Origin: a virus
Direction: 5' to 3' (one strand)
DNA: 33,986 nucleotides
IMG/VR virus record: IMGVR_UViG_3300043399_000528
Location: 1 to 33,986 of that record
This document shows, piece after piece, positions 22,587 to 31,467 of this stretch (position 1 is its first letter; every line of letters starts with the position of its first letter). Position numbers and translations under genes: made by a program. Under the pieces are notes generated by a model that worked only from the letters and a program-made list of their open reading frames with translations, ran no database searches and had not been told where the DNA came from.

Positions 22587-22915
22587 GCTTCGCGGGGGAC
22601 GATTTGACGGAAAAGGATCGGGCCGGACTCAATCGGGATGACGTTGCCTTCGGGCGTCTCAAGGACCAGACCCCAGACGTAATTCCCGGCCTCGATGCCG
22701 GCGGTGATCTCGTCGGAGACCGACACCACAATCACGCCGTTCGCCGGTGTCGGGATCGTCGGGGCGAGGTCGAGCGTGAGAACGTCGCTGGAAATAGTCG
22801 GGCGAACCTCCGCCCGCGCCGTGAACCCGGTCAGGTCCACCGGGTCGCCGAGTTCGTCCTTACACGCGAAGGAGATGTTGAGAGTCGCGCCCGAGTAGGC
22901 CTGAACCTTCGTCAT
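22583..22915 (-). CDS. Small beta-sandwich (BppU-N / Ig-like) tail protein, 110 aa
   Basis: GATLNISFACKDELGDPVDLTGFTARAEVRP...ANGVIVVSVSDEITAGIEAGNYVWGLVLETPEGNV has the pattern of phage baseplate/fibre N-terminal domains. ATGA overlap with the fibre gene. Confidence 0.5.
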   Translation of the reverse strand: MTKVQAYSGATLNISFACKDELGDPVDLTGFTARAEVRPTISSDVLTLDLAPTIPTPANGVIVVSVSDEITAGIEAGNYVWGLVLETPEGNVIPIESGPILFRQIVPREA

Positions 22916-22969
22916 GCGCGGGAAACTACAGCCCCGGCGGCTCGCGGTCAATGCTAGACGAACTGGGGC

Positions 22970-24730
22970 TCAGTTGATCGTGATGTTCGTCTGCGGAGAC
23001 TGTCGGACTTTCCCACCGAGCGTCCCGAACGAGAAGCGAGCAGGCGCACCGAGGTCGATGTCGACCGACTGCGCGGCGAGGTCGTAGGTGACAGCGCGGG
23101 CCAGAGCGTCGGCGGTTGCAAGCTCCGCGACGGATCCGGTCAGGCGATACTTCGATGCCAGCCCGTTCGTGATCGGCGGTAGGTTGCCATACTTGAGCCG
23201 GATGTTGCCCTCGTATGGGACAAATGCCTGCGCGGCGAGCAGGTTGGTGGCAAGGTTGGCCGGCGGGGCGAGATACTCGTAGTCTTGCTGGCGGTAGAGC
23301 GTCGTGGCGGTTGGGTAGCTGGAGGTGGTCAGAATCACGTCCAGCTCAAAGTCGAGCGCCAGCACGTTGACGCGGTAACGGTCGTATGGGAACGGCTGCG
23401 CGAAGCTGGTCGCCGCCGTGTAGCCTGGCAATGGGATCGTCGCGGACCATCCGAACGCGCTCGCCCACGCCGGGAGTGCGGCAGGATCGGCCGAGTCACC
23501 AGACCCGTAGGGGCTCTTGTAGATGATCGATGGCGAGATGGCATAGATCCGGCCGGTCAGTTTGACGCGTTCGCTGTTGGCGAGGTTTAACCAGTCCGGG
23601 GGGTTGGTGGTCAAGAGGAGGTTCTTGCCGACCACGCTGACCGGGGCTCCGGTCTCCGGGTTGATCCACTGGATCGTCGGCATCACCGTGTTGTAGGTTG
23701 TCCCTCCACCGCCACCGATTGCGCTGTTGGTCGTTAGGGATTCCCCGTTGGCAAGGATGACGTCGGATGTCCCGGGAAGGCCGGGATATGCCGCGCGAGA
23801 CGTCTGCACCTCCGGCAACAAGTTCAGGATGCTTGGCTCCAGCGTTCCCGCCGTGACGTTCGCGGCCGTCGTCTGGACGACGGCGCTGCCATATTCATCC
23901 GCAGGCAAGAACGTGTCGAGCTCCTTGCCGGAGAGGCCGATGACCTGCACCCGGCCGGCGACGGCGGTGCCGGCGACCTGCTCGTTGAATTGCGGGCGCT
24001 GGTCTGTTGCCCGGGCTGTGAACTTCACCTCGACGCGCGACGGCTGAAGATCCTGCCGCCCGGTCATATCGAAGCTCTCGAGCGGTGCGGTGCCGAGCGC
24101 GTAGGTCGTCGCCGGAAGTGTGCCTCGACGGGACAGGTTGAAGGTCGGCGTGCCGCTGCCCGAGTAATCCCACCAGCCGATGCAGTCCGGCACCCACCGC
24201 ATGAGCTCGGCCAGCACGTCGGCGAAGGTCATCATCGACAACTGGAGCTTCGGCACCGTGAAGGTGGTCGCGATGCTGCCGATGCCGACCTGAGCGCCGG
24301 CGGCGATTGCCCGGGTTAGCAGGGCGGTGATGTGGGACGACACCGAGCCTTCGTTGAAGACCACCGTCGGGCGGTCCTGCGTCGAGCCGTTGAGCGTCTG
24401 CGACGTGGTGACGTCGATCTTGCGCAGCCACTGCCACGGCCCCTCGACGATGACCTGCACGCCGTAGTTGGTCACCCGGGCTTGCGTGACATTGCCACGG
24501 AAGAACCGTGTGGCATTAGCCTCGTCCCAGAGCTCGATCTGCTGGCCGACGCTCGGAATCACGGTATCGGCGGCGTTTAAGTCCTTCGTCCGGCACATCC
24601 ATTGCAGGATGTCCGGCCCGAGGTTCTCGAACGTCAGGCTGGCGTTGACCGCCTTCAGGTCACGCCCGAGGCGGAAGCTGCCGGCGAGCGCTTGGCCTGC
24701 TTGGCCTCGGATAGTGTAGTCGCTGGGCAT
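22970..24730 (-). CDS. Distal tail / baseplate hub-like protein
   Basis: 586 aa, immediately after the tape measure gene (4-nt gap to ATG 24730). Assignment is positional, with no diagnostic motif. Confidence 0.5.
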   Translation of the reverse strand: MPSDYTIRGQAGQALAGSFRLGRDLKAVNASLTFENLGPDILQWMCRTKDLNAADTVIPSVGQQIELWDEANATRFFRGNVTQARVTNYGVQVIVEGPWQWLRKIDVTTSQTLNGSTQDRPTVVFNEGSVSSHITALLTRAIAAGAQVGIGSIATTFTVPKLQLSMMTFADVLAELMRWVPDCIGWWDYSGSGTPTFNLSRRGTLPATTYALGTAPLESFDMTGRQDLQPSRVEVKFTARATDQRPQFNEQVAGTAVAGRVQVIGLSGKELDTFLPADEYGSAVVQTTAANVTAGTLEPSILNLLPEVQTSRAAYPGLPGTSDVILANGESLTTNSAIGGGGGTTYNTVMPTIQWINPETGAPVSVVGKNLLLTTNPPDWLNLANSERVKLTGRIYAISPSIIYKSPYGSGDSADPAALPAWASAFGWSATIPLPGYTAATSFAQPFPYDRYRVNVLALDFELDVILTTSSYPTATTLYRQQDYEYLAPPANLATNLLAAQAFVPYEGNIRLKYGNLPPITNGLASKYRLTGSVAELATADALARAVTYDLAAQSVDIDLGAPARFSFGTLGGKVRQSPQTNITIN

Positions 24731-24734
24731 GGGG

Positions 24735-26210
24735 TCAGTTACCGGAACGGATCCGGGCGTTGATGGCGTCAATCTGGCGCTTCTGGTCGACTACCTGCGA
24801 GCTCAAAGTGTTGATCGAGTTGATGAGCGCCGAGACGTTCGAATTGATCCCGGTGATCCCGGTGTTGATCGAAGACCCGAGCACCTGCAAGGCGGCGGCA
24901 ACCTTGGCCGTCTCGTTTGCGGTGATGGTCCCGTCGGCTGCCGCTTGCTTCAGGATCGCCAGCGCTTCGGATTGGCCGTTGGTCGTCGGCTGAGCGGTTT
25001 CGGCGATGCGGCTGATCTCCTGCGCGGTCGCCTGCCCGATCTCAGCCAAGCCCGAGATGGTGGCCTTCACCTCCTCGGCTTGCAGCGTCTGCTCGATCCT
25101 CGGCACCTCGATTGCCAGCGCCTCGGAGATGGTCGCCGTGTTGGTGATCGCGTCTTGCAGCGCGACCGCTGCGGTCTGCACGGCCTCGGTGAGCTTTCCA
25201 CCCTGCTCGTCGAGTTGGGCGTCGAGTGCGTTGACCCGTTCTTGCGCGGCCGTCAGGGCTGCTTGAAATGCAGGGTCATCCAAGGCAGTCTGCGCCCGCT
25301 CGGCGGCGGGCGTCTTCATGAACGGGATCTCGTATTCCGACAGCTTGCCGCGCTCTTCGGCCTGCTTGGTGAGCTCATCACGCTGCGCCCGGAGCAGTTC
25401 GAGCTTCTGCGCCTCGATCTGCCGTTGGTTTTCAGCCTCGCGCTTCTGCGACTGCATTTCGAGGAAGAGCGTCTGGGCGATCTCCTCTTGCTGCTGCGCC
25501 TTGGCAAGCTGCTCGTTCTGCGCCGCGATCTGCTGCCGGGCTGCTTCCTGCCGTGCTGCCGATTCCGCCGCCACGCCATCGGCGATGTTTGCCGACTCGT
25601 CGACCTGCTCCCCGCGAAGGCGAGCAAGCTCGACCTCGGCCTGCCGGATCTTCTCCGCATTCGCAAGAGACGCGAGCGCCGAAGCGTTCTGGGCATCGGT
25701 GACCCGGTCGTAAGCGTCGATCAGCTTCTCGGCTTCCTCCGCTGCGGCGATGACCTGTTTGAGTCCGAAGTCGATGTCCTCGCCGACGGCCTTCCCGGCT
25801 GCCTTGCCGATCTCGTCGACGGCACCGGCAAGGAACTCGGCCTGCTCTGCTGCATTGGCCGAGTCGTCGGCCATCGACATGAACACCTTGGCCGCGATGG
25901 ACCCCACCGCGATCAGCGCGCCCGCGATGGCACCACCCGGTCCGAAGACCCCGAGGAACTGCGGTGCCTGCTGCGCCATCGCCGTGAGCGCCGAGGTGCC
26001 GCCGGCGACCTGCACCGCGAAGTCCTGCACCTGATAGCCGGCGGACTGCGCGACCTGCCCGACGCGACCCGCACCCTTGGCTGCGGACTCCGCCCCGGTT
26101 CCGGCACGAGTTCCAGCCGCTGCGAGGCCGTCGAGTGACGTGGCGGCCTTCTGCGCGCCGGAGGTGTCGGCCCGCGTCGTGATGTCGATATTGACCTTCT
26201 TTGATGCCAT
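24735..26210 (-). CDS. Tape measure protein
   Basis: 491 aa. Ala/Gln/Glu-rich predicted coiled coil with a hydrophobic segment GPGGAIAGALIAVGSIAAKVF. It lies between the tail tube region and the hub. Confidence 0.7.
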   Translation of the reverse strand: MASKKVNIDITTRADTSGAQKAATSLDGLAAAGTRAGTGAESAAKGAGRVGQVAQSAGYQVQDFAVQVAGGTSALTAMAQQAPQFLGVFGPGGAIAGALIAVGSIAAKVFMSMADDSANAAEQAEFLAGAVDEIGKAAGKAVGEDIDFGLKQVIAAAEEAEKLIDAYDRVTDAQNASALASLANAEKIRQAEVELARLRGEQVDESANIADGVAAESAARQEAARQQIAAQNEQLAKAQQQEEIAQTLFLEMQSQKREAENQRQIEAQKLELLRAQRDELTKQAEERGKLSEYEIPFMKTPAAERAQTALDDPAFQAALTAAQERVNALDAQLDEQGGKLTEAVQTAAVALQDAITNTATISEALAIEVPRIEQTLQAEEVKATISGLAEIGQATAQEISRIAETAQPTTNGQSEALAILKQAAADGTITANETAKVAAALQVLGSSINTGITGINSNVSALINSINTLSSQVVDQKRQIDAINARIRSGN

Positions 26211-26213
26211 GGG

Positions 26214-28196
26214 TTAGGGAGTGGTGCGGCCGGTGATGCTGGAGTTGATTGTCATCGTCTTGCCGCGATACGTGGCCGAAACCTGAGCAATCGCGCCGTA
26301 AATCGTCATGATCGGCGTCACGGTATCAGGCGAGCCCGGCGCGGTGTCGGCGCTGGTCGGCGCTGCGGTGATGCCGGGGCTCGGCGTCCCGTTGGTCAGA
26401 GAGATGTTGAGCGACGTGTCGGCTTGATGCTTCCGCGAGGTGAGCACAATCGAAGTGCCGGTGCCAGAGACCACGAACCGCCGGGCGATCTCGGAGTCGG
26501 CGGCGAGTTGCGCGCGGGCGGTTGCGGCCCATGTCGCGACGGTCTCGCCAGCCAAGACCGGGACGCTGAAATTCTGCACGCCGAGCGACGTGGTGACTTG
26601 CATCGTCACGATGCCGGAAGCGGCCGCCGTGCTCGTCGGGGTCATTGATGGCGTAGCGGTCACTGCGCCTGAGACGGTCAGGGAAACAGCCCCCTCGACA
26701 TGGCGGAGAATAACGATACCGTCAGCGCCATTCTGGCCCGGGTCACCGGTGCTTCCGCGACGGCCAGCACCACCGCTGCCCGGGGTGAGCGTCCCAGCCG
26801 TAGCAAGGACTCCGCCGCCGTTGCAGTAGACGGTCGAGATATTGTCGAGGGCGGAAGTGGTGCCAGCCCGAGGGGAAAGATCCGACGTCGAGGCCGACTG
26901 AGTGAGGCCAGCGGCTGCGGAGGATCCACCACCGCCAGCGCGGTTTGTCGTCAGCCCGGTTCCGCCCGGGAACGCGACGAGGCCAGCCCCACCGATTCCG
27001 TTGACAGTTGCACCACCACCAGAGGCCCCCGCTCTACCATTTTGAGCGTCCCCGATACCACCACCACCACCACCGCTGGCGGTGAAGGAAAACCGGGACA
27101 GTCCGCCATCCGAGGCGGCGACCGCCGGCGAAGTGGTCGAGCTGATTCCGCCTTTGCCGATTCGGACCGGGATTGTATTCGGAGAGAATGAAGCCGAGCC
27201 GGTGACAAACTGGCCAGCACCACCGCCACCGCCGTTTCGGCTCGCAGCCACACCGCCACCAGCGCCGCCACCGCCGACGATAAGGTAATCCATGACGCCG
27301 CCCGAGTCGATCCGCACGCTGGCGTCAGCCGTCAATTTGTGCCAACGGTAGGTTGTCCCGCCGTCGGTGTAGGTGCCGGTGGTGTATCCACTCGCGGCCG
27401 GAAGCTCGATGAAGTTAGCCTCCTTGATCGGGCTGTTCGTGAGCCCGGCCTTGACCGCCAAGACCTGAAGTTTGCCCGGGACTGGAACCGACACCGTGCC
27501 GCCGCTGGCGACGGTTGGCGACCCGGTGGTGGGGGTGGTGCCGTTCGTGGTGTAATGCATCGTCACGCCGGCCAGAGCGTTCGTGACGGTCACGGTCACG
27601 TTTCCGGCAGGCTGCGCCGAGCTTTCCGGCGATACCGTCGCTTCGTTGACTTGCCCGGTCGTGATGAACCCACGCGAGATGATCGGGCTGTTAGTCTCGC
27701 CGGCCTTCACGGCCAGAGCCTTGATCCGGAAAGTGCCGGGGCGAAGGAACGATGTCCCGCTTGTGATCGTCGGCGAGCTCGTAGTGGGGTCAGTCCCGTC
27801 GTCGGTGAAGTAGATCGTGTCTGCATTCCCTTGCGAGACCGTCACGAGCGTCTGAGCCGTCCCCGCCGCCGTTGCCGTCTCGATCTGGTCGGATCCATCG
27901 TCGGCGATGTTGCCGAGGTAGGCGGTCACGGTGCCGTCTTGGTCCTTGAGGAACTCATAGAGGAACCCGATCTCGGCCTCGCAGGCGGCGACCGTCGGGA
28001 ACTCGACCGCGCTGGAAAACGACGCGGTGACATTCGACCCGGGGCGGAATAGCTGTCGGGCCTCGTCGACGCCAAGGTAAGCCACCTGCTCGGAGTTGAC
28101 CGAGTAGGTGACTTGAAGGCCTTGGGTGTCGCTCGTGACCCCGGAGGCCCCGGCGAGGTCGTAGTAGTCAAGGCCGATGGCGAGGCGGCATTTCAT
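26214..28196 (-). CDS. 660-aa multi-domain tail-associated protein: N-terminal domain, two Ig/CHB_HEX_C-like repeats, a glycine-rich domain and a C-terminal domain
   Basis: ATG 28196 (MKCRLAIGLDYYD...) forms an ATGA overlap with the tail-tube stop. The repeats are ...TIYFTDDGTDPTTSSPTITSG...FRIKALAVKAGETNSPI and ...TMHYTTNGTTPTTGSPTVASG...LQVLAVKAGLTNSPI. The glycine-rich block runs from YLIVGGGGAGGG to GADGIVILRH. Confidence 0.7.
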   Translation of the reverse strand: MKCRLAIGLDYYDLAGASGVTSDTQGLQVTYSVNSEQVAYLGVDEARQLFRPGSNVTASFSSAVEFPTVAACEAEIGFLYEFLKDQDGTVTAYLGNIADDGSDQIETATAAGTAQTLVTVSQGNADTIYFTDDGTDPTTSSPTITSGTSFLRPGTFRIKALAVKAGETNSPIISRGFITTGQVNEATVSPESSAQPAGNVTVTVTNALAGVTMHYTTNGTTPTTGSPTVASGGTVSVPVPGKLQVLAVKAGLTNSPIKEANFIELPAASGYTTGTYTDGGTTYRWHKLTADASVRIDSGGVMDYLIVGGGGAGGGVAASRNGGGGGAGQFVTGSASFSPNTIPVRIGKGGISSTTSPAVAASDGGLSRFSFTASGGGGGGIGDAQNGRAGASGGGATVNGIGGAGLVAFPGGTGLTTNRAGGGGSSAAAGLTQSASTSDLSPRAGTTSALDNISTVYCNGGGVLATAGTLTPGSGGAGRRGSTGDPGQNGADGIVILRHVEGAVSLTVSGAVTATPSMTPTSTAAASGIVTMQVTTSLGVQNFSVPVLAGETVATWAATARAQLAADSEIARRFVVSGTGTSIVLTSRKHQADTSLNISLTNGTPSPGITAAPTSADTAPGSPDTVTPIMTIYGAIAQVSATYRGKTMTINSSITGRTTP

Positions 28197-29107
28197 CAGG
28201 CGACAGCGGCGACAGTGAAGAGGGCAACGGGGTTTCCGGTGGAGAACGTCCGCCGGGCGGCAAGCGTGAGCTGGCCGAGGCGGTTGTCGGTTGGAGAGAA
28301 GCGTTTCTGGAAGTCGATCAGCTGCACGGCGGCACAGTCGAAGTTCAGGCCGCCAACGGTTGCAGTTGAGATGTCGAGGGCGGAGTTCGCCAAGTCCTCG
28401 CCGGCGTCCAGACCATTGAAGAACCCGTCGAAGGAGTTCTCCGCGAGGCCGGTCGGGATGCAGGTGATGGTCGCGCCGAGATTTTGCAGGCTCATGTCCA
28501 CGGTGCCGATTCCGTCGACCACCACAGGATTCAGCCCGAGCTCGAAGGCGATCTCGAAACCGGCCTCCGAGAAGAACGGCCCGACCGATCCGAGCGTCGC
28601 GCGGTATGGGGCAGTGATGATCGTTCCGGGAGTGAACGCGGTGCCAATGGAACCACCAGCGCCGACCGCGTAGTAGTCCGACAGGTTGACCGGGTCGCCG
28701 CCCTTGTCGAGCAGGCCAGTAAACTGCACGGAGCCGAAGGCCGTGTTGTTCGCGGTGCACCGGATGCTCGGCATCTGGGTGATTGCCGCGTTGTTGATCG
28801 TGTAGGTCGCGTCGGCGGCGGTGATGACAAGCGCCTTGTCGGTCGATCCGTAGATGCTCGATCCCATCGCGGTATTACCATAAGGGAACAGGACCGCGAG
28901 CGCTTCGATCTCGCCCACTGGCTCGAACTCGACGACGATCTGGAGGTCGGTCTTCGACTTGCCGACCATGCCGTAAGCGTCGGTCTCTTTATCAAAGGTC
29001 GAGTTCGTCATGGTCAGCACGACGCCGCCCTTGCTGTAGAAGGTCTGGGTGTCATAGGCGATCTTGCAAGGACCGCGCACGATTGTGGTTCTGTCGAAAG
29101 TGGGCAT
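28196..29107 (-). CDS. Major tail (tube) protein, apparently an internal tandem duplication
   Basis: 303 aa, located between the head-tail joining genes and the tape-measure region. The two halves show parallel sequence patterns. No sheath gene is present. Confidence 0.6.
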   Translation of the reverse strand: MPTFDRTTIVRGPCKIAYDTQTFYSKGGVVLTMTNSTFDKETDAYGMVGKSKTDLQIVVEFEPVGEIEALAVLFPYGNTAMGSSIYGSTDKALVITAADATYTINNAAITQMPSIRCTANNTAFGSVQFTGLLDKGGDPVNLSDYYAVGAGGSIGTAFTPGTIITAPYRATLGSVGPFFSEAGFEIAFELGLNPVVVDGIGTVDMSLQNLGATITCIPTGLAENSFDGFFNGLDAGEDLANSALDISTATVGGLNFDCAAVQLIDFQKRFSPTDNRLGQLTLAARRTFSTGNPVALFTVAAVA

Positions 29108-29113
29108 GGTGAT

Positions 29114-29596
29114 TTATCGTTCAGGTGGATCGTTTGAAAGGCCGATTGGGATGGTGAACGTCACGGCCTGCTGGAGCATGGAGTCGTTGACCTGTTGGGT
29201 CATTCCGTCGAAAAGGAGCACTCCACCGGAGAGCGGGGCGTCGTCGCGGTCCGCCGGCTGCACGTGGTGAAGCAGCCGAGCGACCGCCTCGGCAATCTCG
29301 GTGCATGATGGCGCGCGGCGAGCCTTCGAGCGCCAGACGCTAGGGATCTCGGAGACCACGACTTGAAAGTTTGCCGTCGTCAGATACGGGCCGGGCGTGT
29401 TGTTGGTGTCAGTCTCGCCAGAGACAAAGTTGACCATCACGAAGGCCCCGGTCTTCTGCGCGGCGTTGACGATCTCGCGCTCGACGTCCTTCTGGTCCTC
29501 GATCAAGACCGGGATCGTCGGCACCGTGCGGAAATACTCCGACTCACGGAGGTGCTCCCCGATAGCCTCGACGATCTGGCGGATGAGGGATGCCAT
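29114..29596 (-). CDS. Head-tail joining / tail completion protein (Mu gp37 position)
   Basis: 160 aa. The assignment is positional only. Confidence 0.45.
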   Translation of the reverse strand: MASLIRQIVEAIGEHLRESEYFRTVPTIPVLIEDQKDVEREIVNAAQKTGAFVMVNFVSGETDTNNTPGPYLTTANFQVVVSEIPSVWRSKARRAPSCTEIAEAVARLLHHVQPADRDDAPLSGGVLLFDGMTQQVNDSMLQQAVTFTIPIGLSNDPPER

Positions 29597-29599
29597 GGG

Positions 29600-30052
29600 T
29601 CAGGGAGATTCGGCGAAGTCCATCAGGGCCTTGCCCGAGTAACGGAAGGCGGCACCCGAGGCGGCAGCGTAGGAAGCGGCACCGGTGTCGTCGGCGTCGG
29701 CGTTGTTGTTGGCGAGGTCGTCGAGGAAATTCTCGGCGGCCTCCACGGAAAGTTTCCGATCCTCGCCATTGAACTCGGCGAGCGATGGAAAGGCGTCGGT
29801 CAGAAGCCGGCGCGCGATAGTGTATGCGTGCCGCTGTGCTCCGGGCGGGATGTTGAGCCCGGTATTGACCAGCGGCGCGAGGCCGCGCTTGCGGCGGCCT
29901 GCATTGATCCGCGAGACAAACTCAGCGGCGACTTGGGCAAGGATCTCCGCGAGCTTCGCGTCAGGCGTCGGCGACTCTTCGACCAGTCGGTCGAGTTCAT
30001 CATTGCCGAGGCGGTCGCGGAAGGATTCGACGGTGAGAGCAAGCCAAGCCAT
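29600..30052 (-). CDS. Head-tail adaptor (DUF1320 / Mu gp36-like)
   Basis: LTVESFRDRLGNDELDRL...AEILAQVAAEFVSRI...RHAYTIARRLL...AAENFLDDLA follows the DUF1320 pattern as I recall it. Confidence 0.5.
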   Translation of the reverse strand: MAWLALTVESFRDRLGNDELDRLVEESPTPDAKLAEILAQVAAEFVSRINAGRRKRGLAPLVNTGLNIPPGAQRHAYTIARRLLTDAFPSLAEFNGEDRKLSVEAAENFLDDLANNNADADDTGAASYAAASGAAFRYSGKALMDFAESP

Positions 30053-30060
30053 AGGAGGGA

Positions 30061-30096
30061 AAAAGGAAAGAGGCCCGCCCGCGAACAGGCGGGCCT
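30061..30096 (-). terminator. Intrinsic terminator/attenuator after the capsid genes
   Basis: Minus strand reads GGCCCGCC-tgttcgc-GGGCGGGCC followed by TCTTTCCTTTTT. It lies 15 nt after the stop at 30112. Confidence 0.7.
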
Positions 30097-30111
30097 CGAT
30101 GGGGAGGGCGA

Positions 30112-30510
30112 TCAGAACAGGAGCTTGGCCACCATGCTACCAGTGAAGGTGCCGGGAGTGGACGAGTTGGTCTGAGCGATGCGGACCCAGCGACGGGTGT
30201 TCACAGGCAGGCGGAAGCGGACGGTCTTCGCTGCGGTCCCAACGCCACCGGCACCAGTCTGGACGGTGCTGATAGCAGGATCCACGGCGGCGTAAGTCAC
30301 ACCGTCGGCGCTGTCCTGCAACGCGTAGGTGATCGTGCTGGTGTTGTTGAGGCCTGCGACCGCCGGGGCGGCCAGTTCGAAGACAACATCCTCGATGTCA
30401 CCGCCGGCGACCTGTTCAAGGTCAAATCCGGCGGTAACAGCTCCGCCGACGACGATGGCGACGGTCGAGGTGTAGTTGCGATCCTGAAGGTTTCGTGAGA
30501 AGTTGGACAT
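30112..30510 (-). CDS. Capsid-associated small protein (decoration/auxiliary candidate)
   Basis: 132 aa, immediately after the major capsid gene and before a strong terminator. It looks beta-rich. Confidence 0.4.
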   Translation of the reverse strand: MSNFSRNLQDRNYTSTVAIVVGGAVTAGFDLEQVAGGDIEDVVFELAAPAVAGLNNTSTITYALQDSADGVTYAAVDPAISTVQTGAGGVGTAAKTVRFRLPVNTRRWVRIAQTNSSTPGTFTGSMVAKLLF

Positions 30511-30519
30511 GATCGTGGA

Positions 30520-31461
30520 TTAGCTGAGGGCTTCGGTGTCGCCGATGGAGTCGGTGATGATGATGGGGATACCAAAGGATTCGGTGGGGACACCCGGAAG
30601 GATGCCGGTGAAGGCTTCCTGCTTGGTGTTCGGGGCGGTCGTCCGGCTGATTTGCAGCTGGAAGGCCGAGCGGCGGGACATGAGCAGGTGAGTCGGGCGC
30701 TCGCCGACCGGGAACCGGCTGAGGAGTTCCGCGATCTTCGCATCATTGAGGCGAGCACCAGCCTCGGCGGCGGTGATGTCCTTGAGGCGGCCCACGGCGT
30801 AGCGGTTCACGCATTGCAATCCGATCCAAGCAGTGAGGTCGGCGATGAAGGCGGGATAGCGGCGGCCGTCTGCGTCGACCGCATCACCTTCACGGAACGC
30901 GGACAGGTCGAAGGTGGTGCCGTTGCCGTAGACATATTGGACGCCAGTCACGCCGGCATTGATCGCGTAGACCGAGGAGCCGGTGTTGGCGGTGGTGCCG
31001 CCGGCGTCGACGACGAGCTCGTCACCGAAGGTGCCGATCAGCGACTGGAGGCCGGCGAAGCCCTTCGAGCTGGCGGAATTACCGTAGATCGTTTGGGTGC
31101 CAACGGTCGAGAGCGCGGCGCGCATGACGCCGGCGGCCTCGATGGCCTGGAGTGCTTCAGGTCCGTCCTCGTATCCGCGAGCGACAGCCTTGTCGACTTC
31201 GATGCGGGAGGACAGGATGAACGCTTCAACGAGGCGCTCGGTGAAGTCCGACTTCGAAGCGTCGGTCCCTTCGTTGGCAGCACGGAAGGCCACCGACGGG
31301 CGGCGGTTCCGAATCACCGTCTTGTAGGACGTGCCGCGAATGGTGCGGGCCGGGATGATGGTCACCTCCGGGGAGGCGATGGCGACTTCCTCGATGAGAC
31401 CGACCACCGGGTCGGCTCCGTTGAGCTTGGCGAGGTCAAGCAGGGTCAGATTGTTGGGCAT
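30520..31461 (-). CDS. Major capsid protein (Mu gpT-like / HK97 fold)
   Basis: 313 aa, directly downstream of the protease/scaffold gene. The N-terminus is MPNNLTLLDLAKLNGADPVVGLIEEV... The assignment rests on size, order and similarity in style to Mu-like major head proteins. Confidence 0.7.
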   Translation of the reverse strand: MPNNLTLLDLAKLNGADPVVGLIEEVAIASPEVTIIPARTIRGTSYKTVIRNRRPSVAFRAANEGTDASKSDFTERLVEAFILSSRIEVDKAVARGYEDGPEALQAIEAAGVMRAALSTVGTQTIYGNSASSKGFAGLQSLIGTFGDELVVDAGGTTANTGSSVYAINAGVTGVQYVYGNGTTFDLSAFREGDAVDADGRRYPAFIADLTAWIGLQCVNRYAVGRLKDITAAEAGARLNDAKIAELLSRFPVGERPTHLLMSRRSAFQLQISRTTAPNTKQEAFTGILPGVPTESFGIPIIITDSIGDTEALS

Positions 31462-31467
31462 GGGATG

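Noticed and set aside
28197-28760. 5' extension of the glycine-rich gene to give the 848-aa ORF 26214..28760
   Set aside because: The first ~188 codons overlap the tail tube gene in another frame and translate to Arg/His-rich junk. ATG 28196 forms the ATGA coupling that is typical for this genome.
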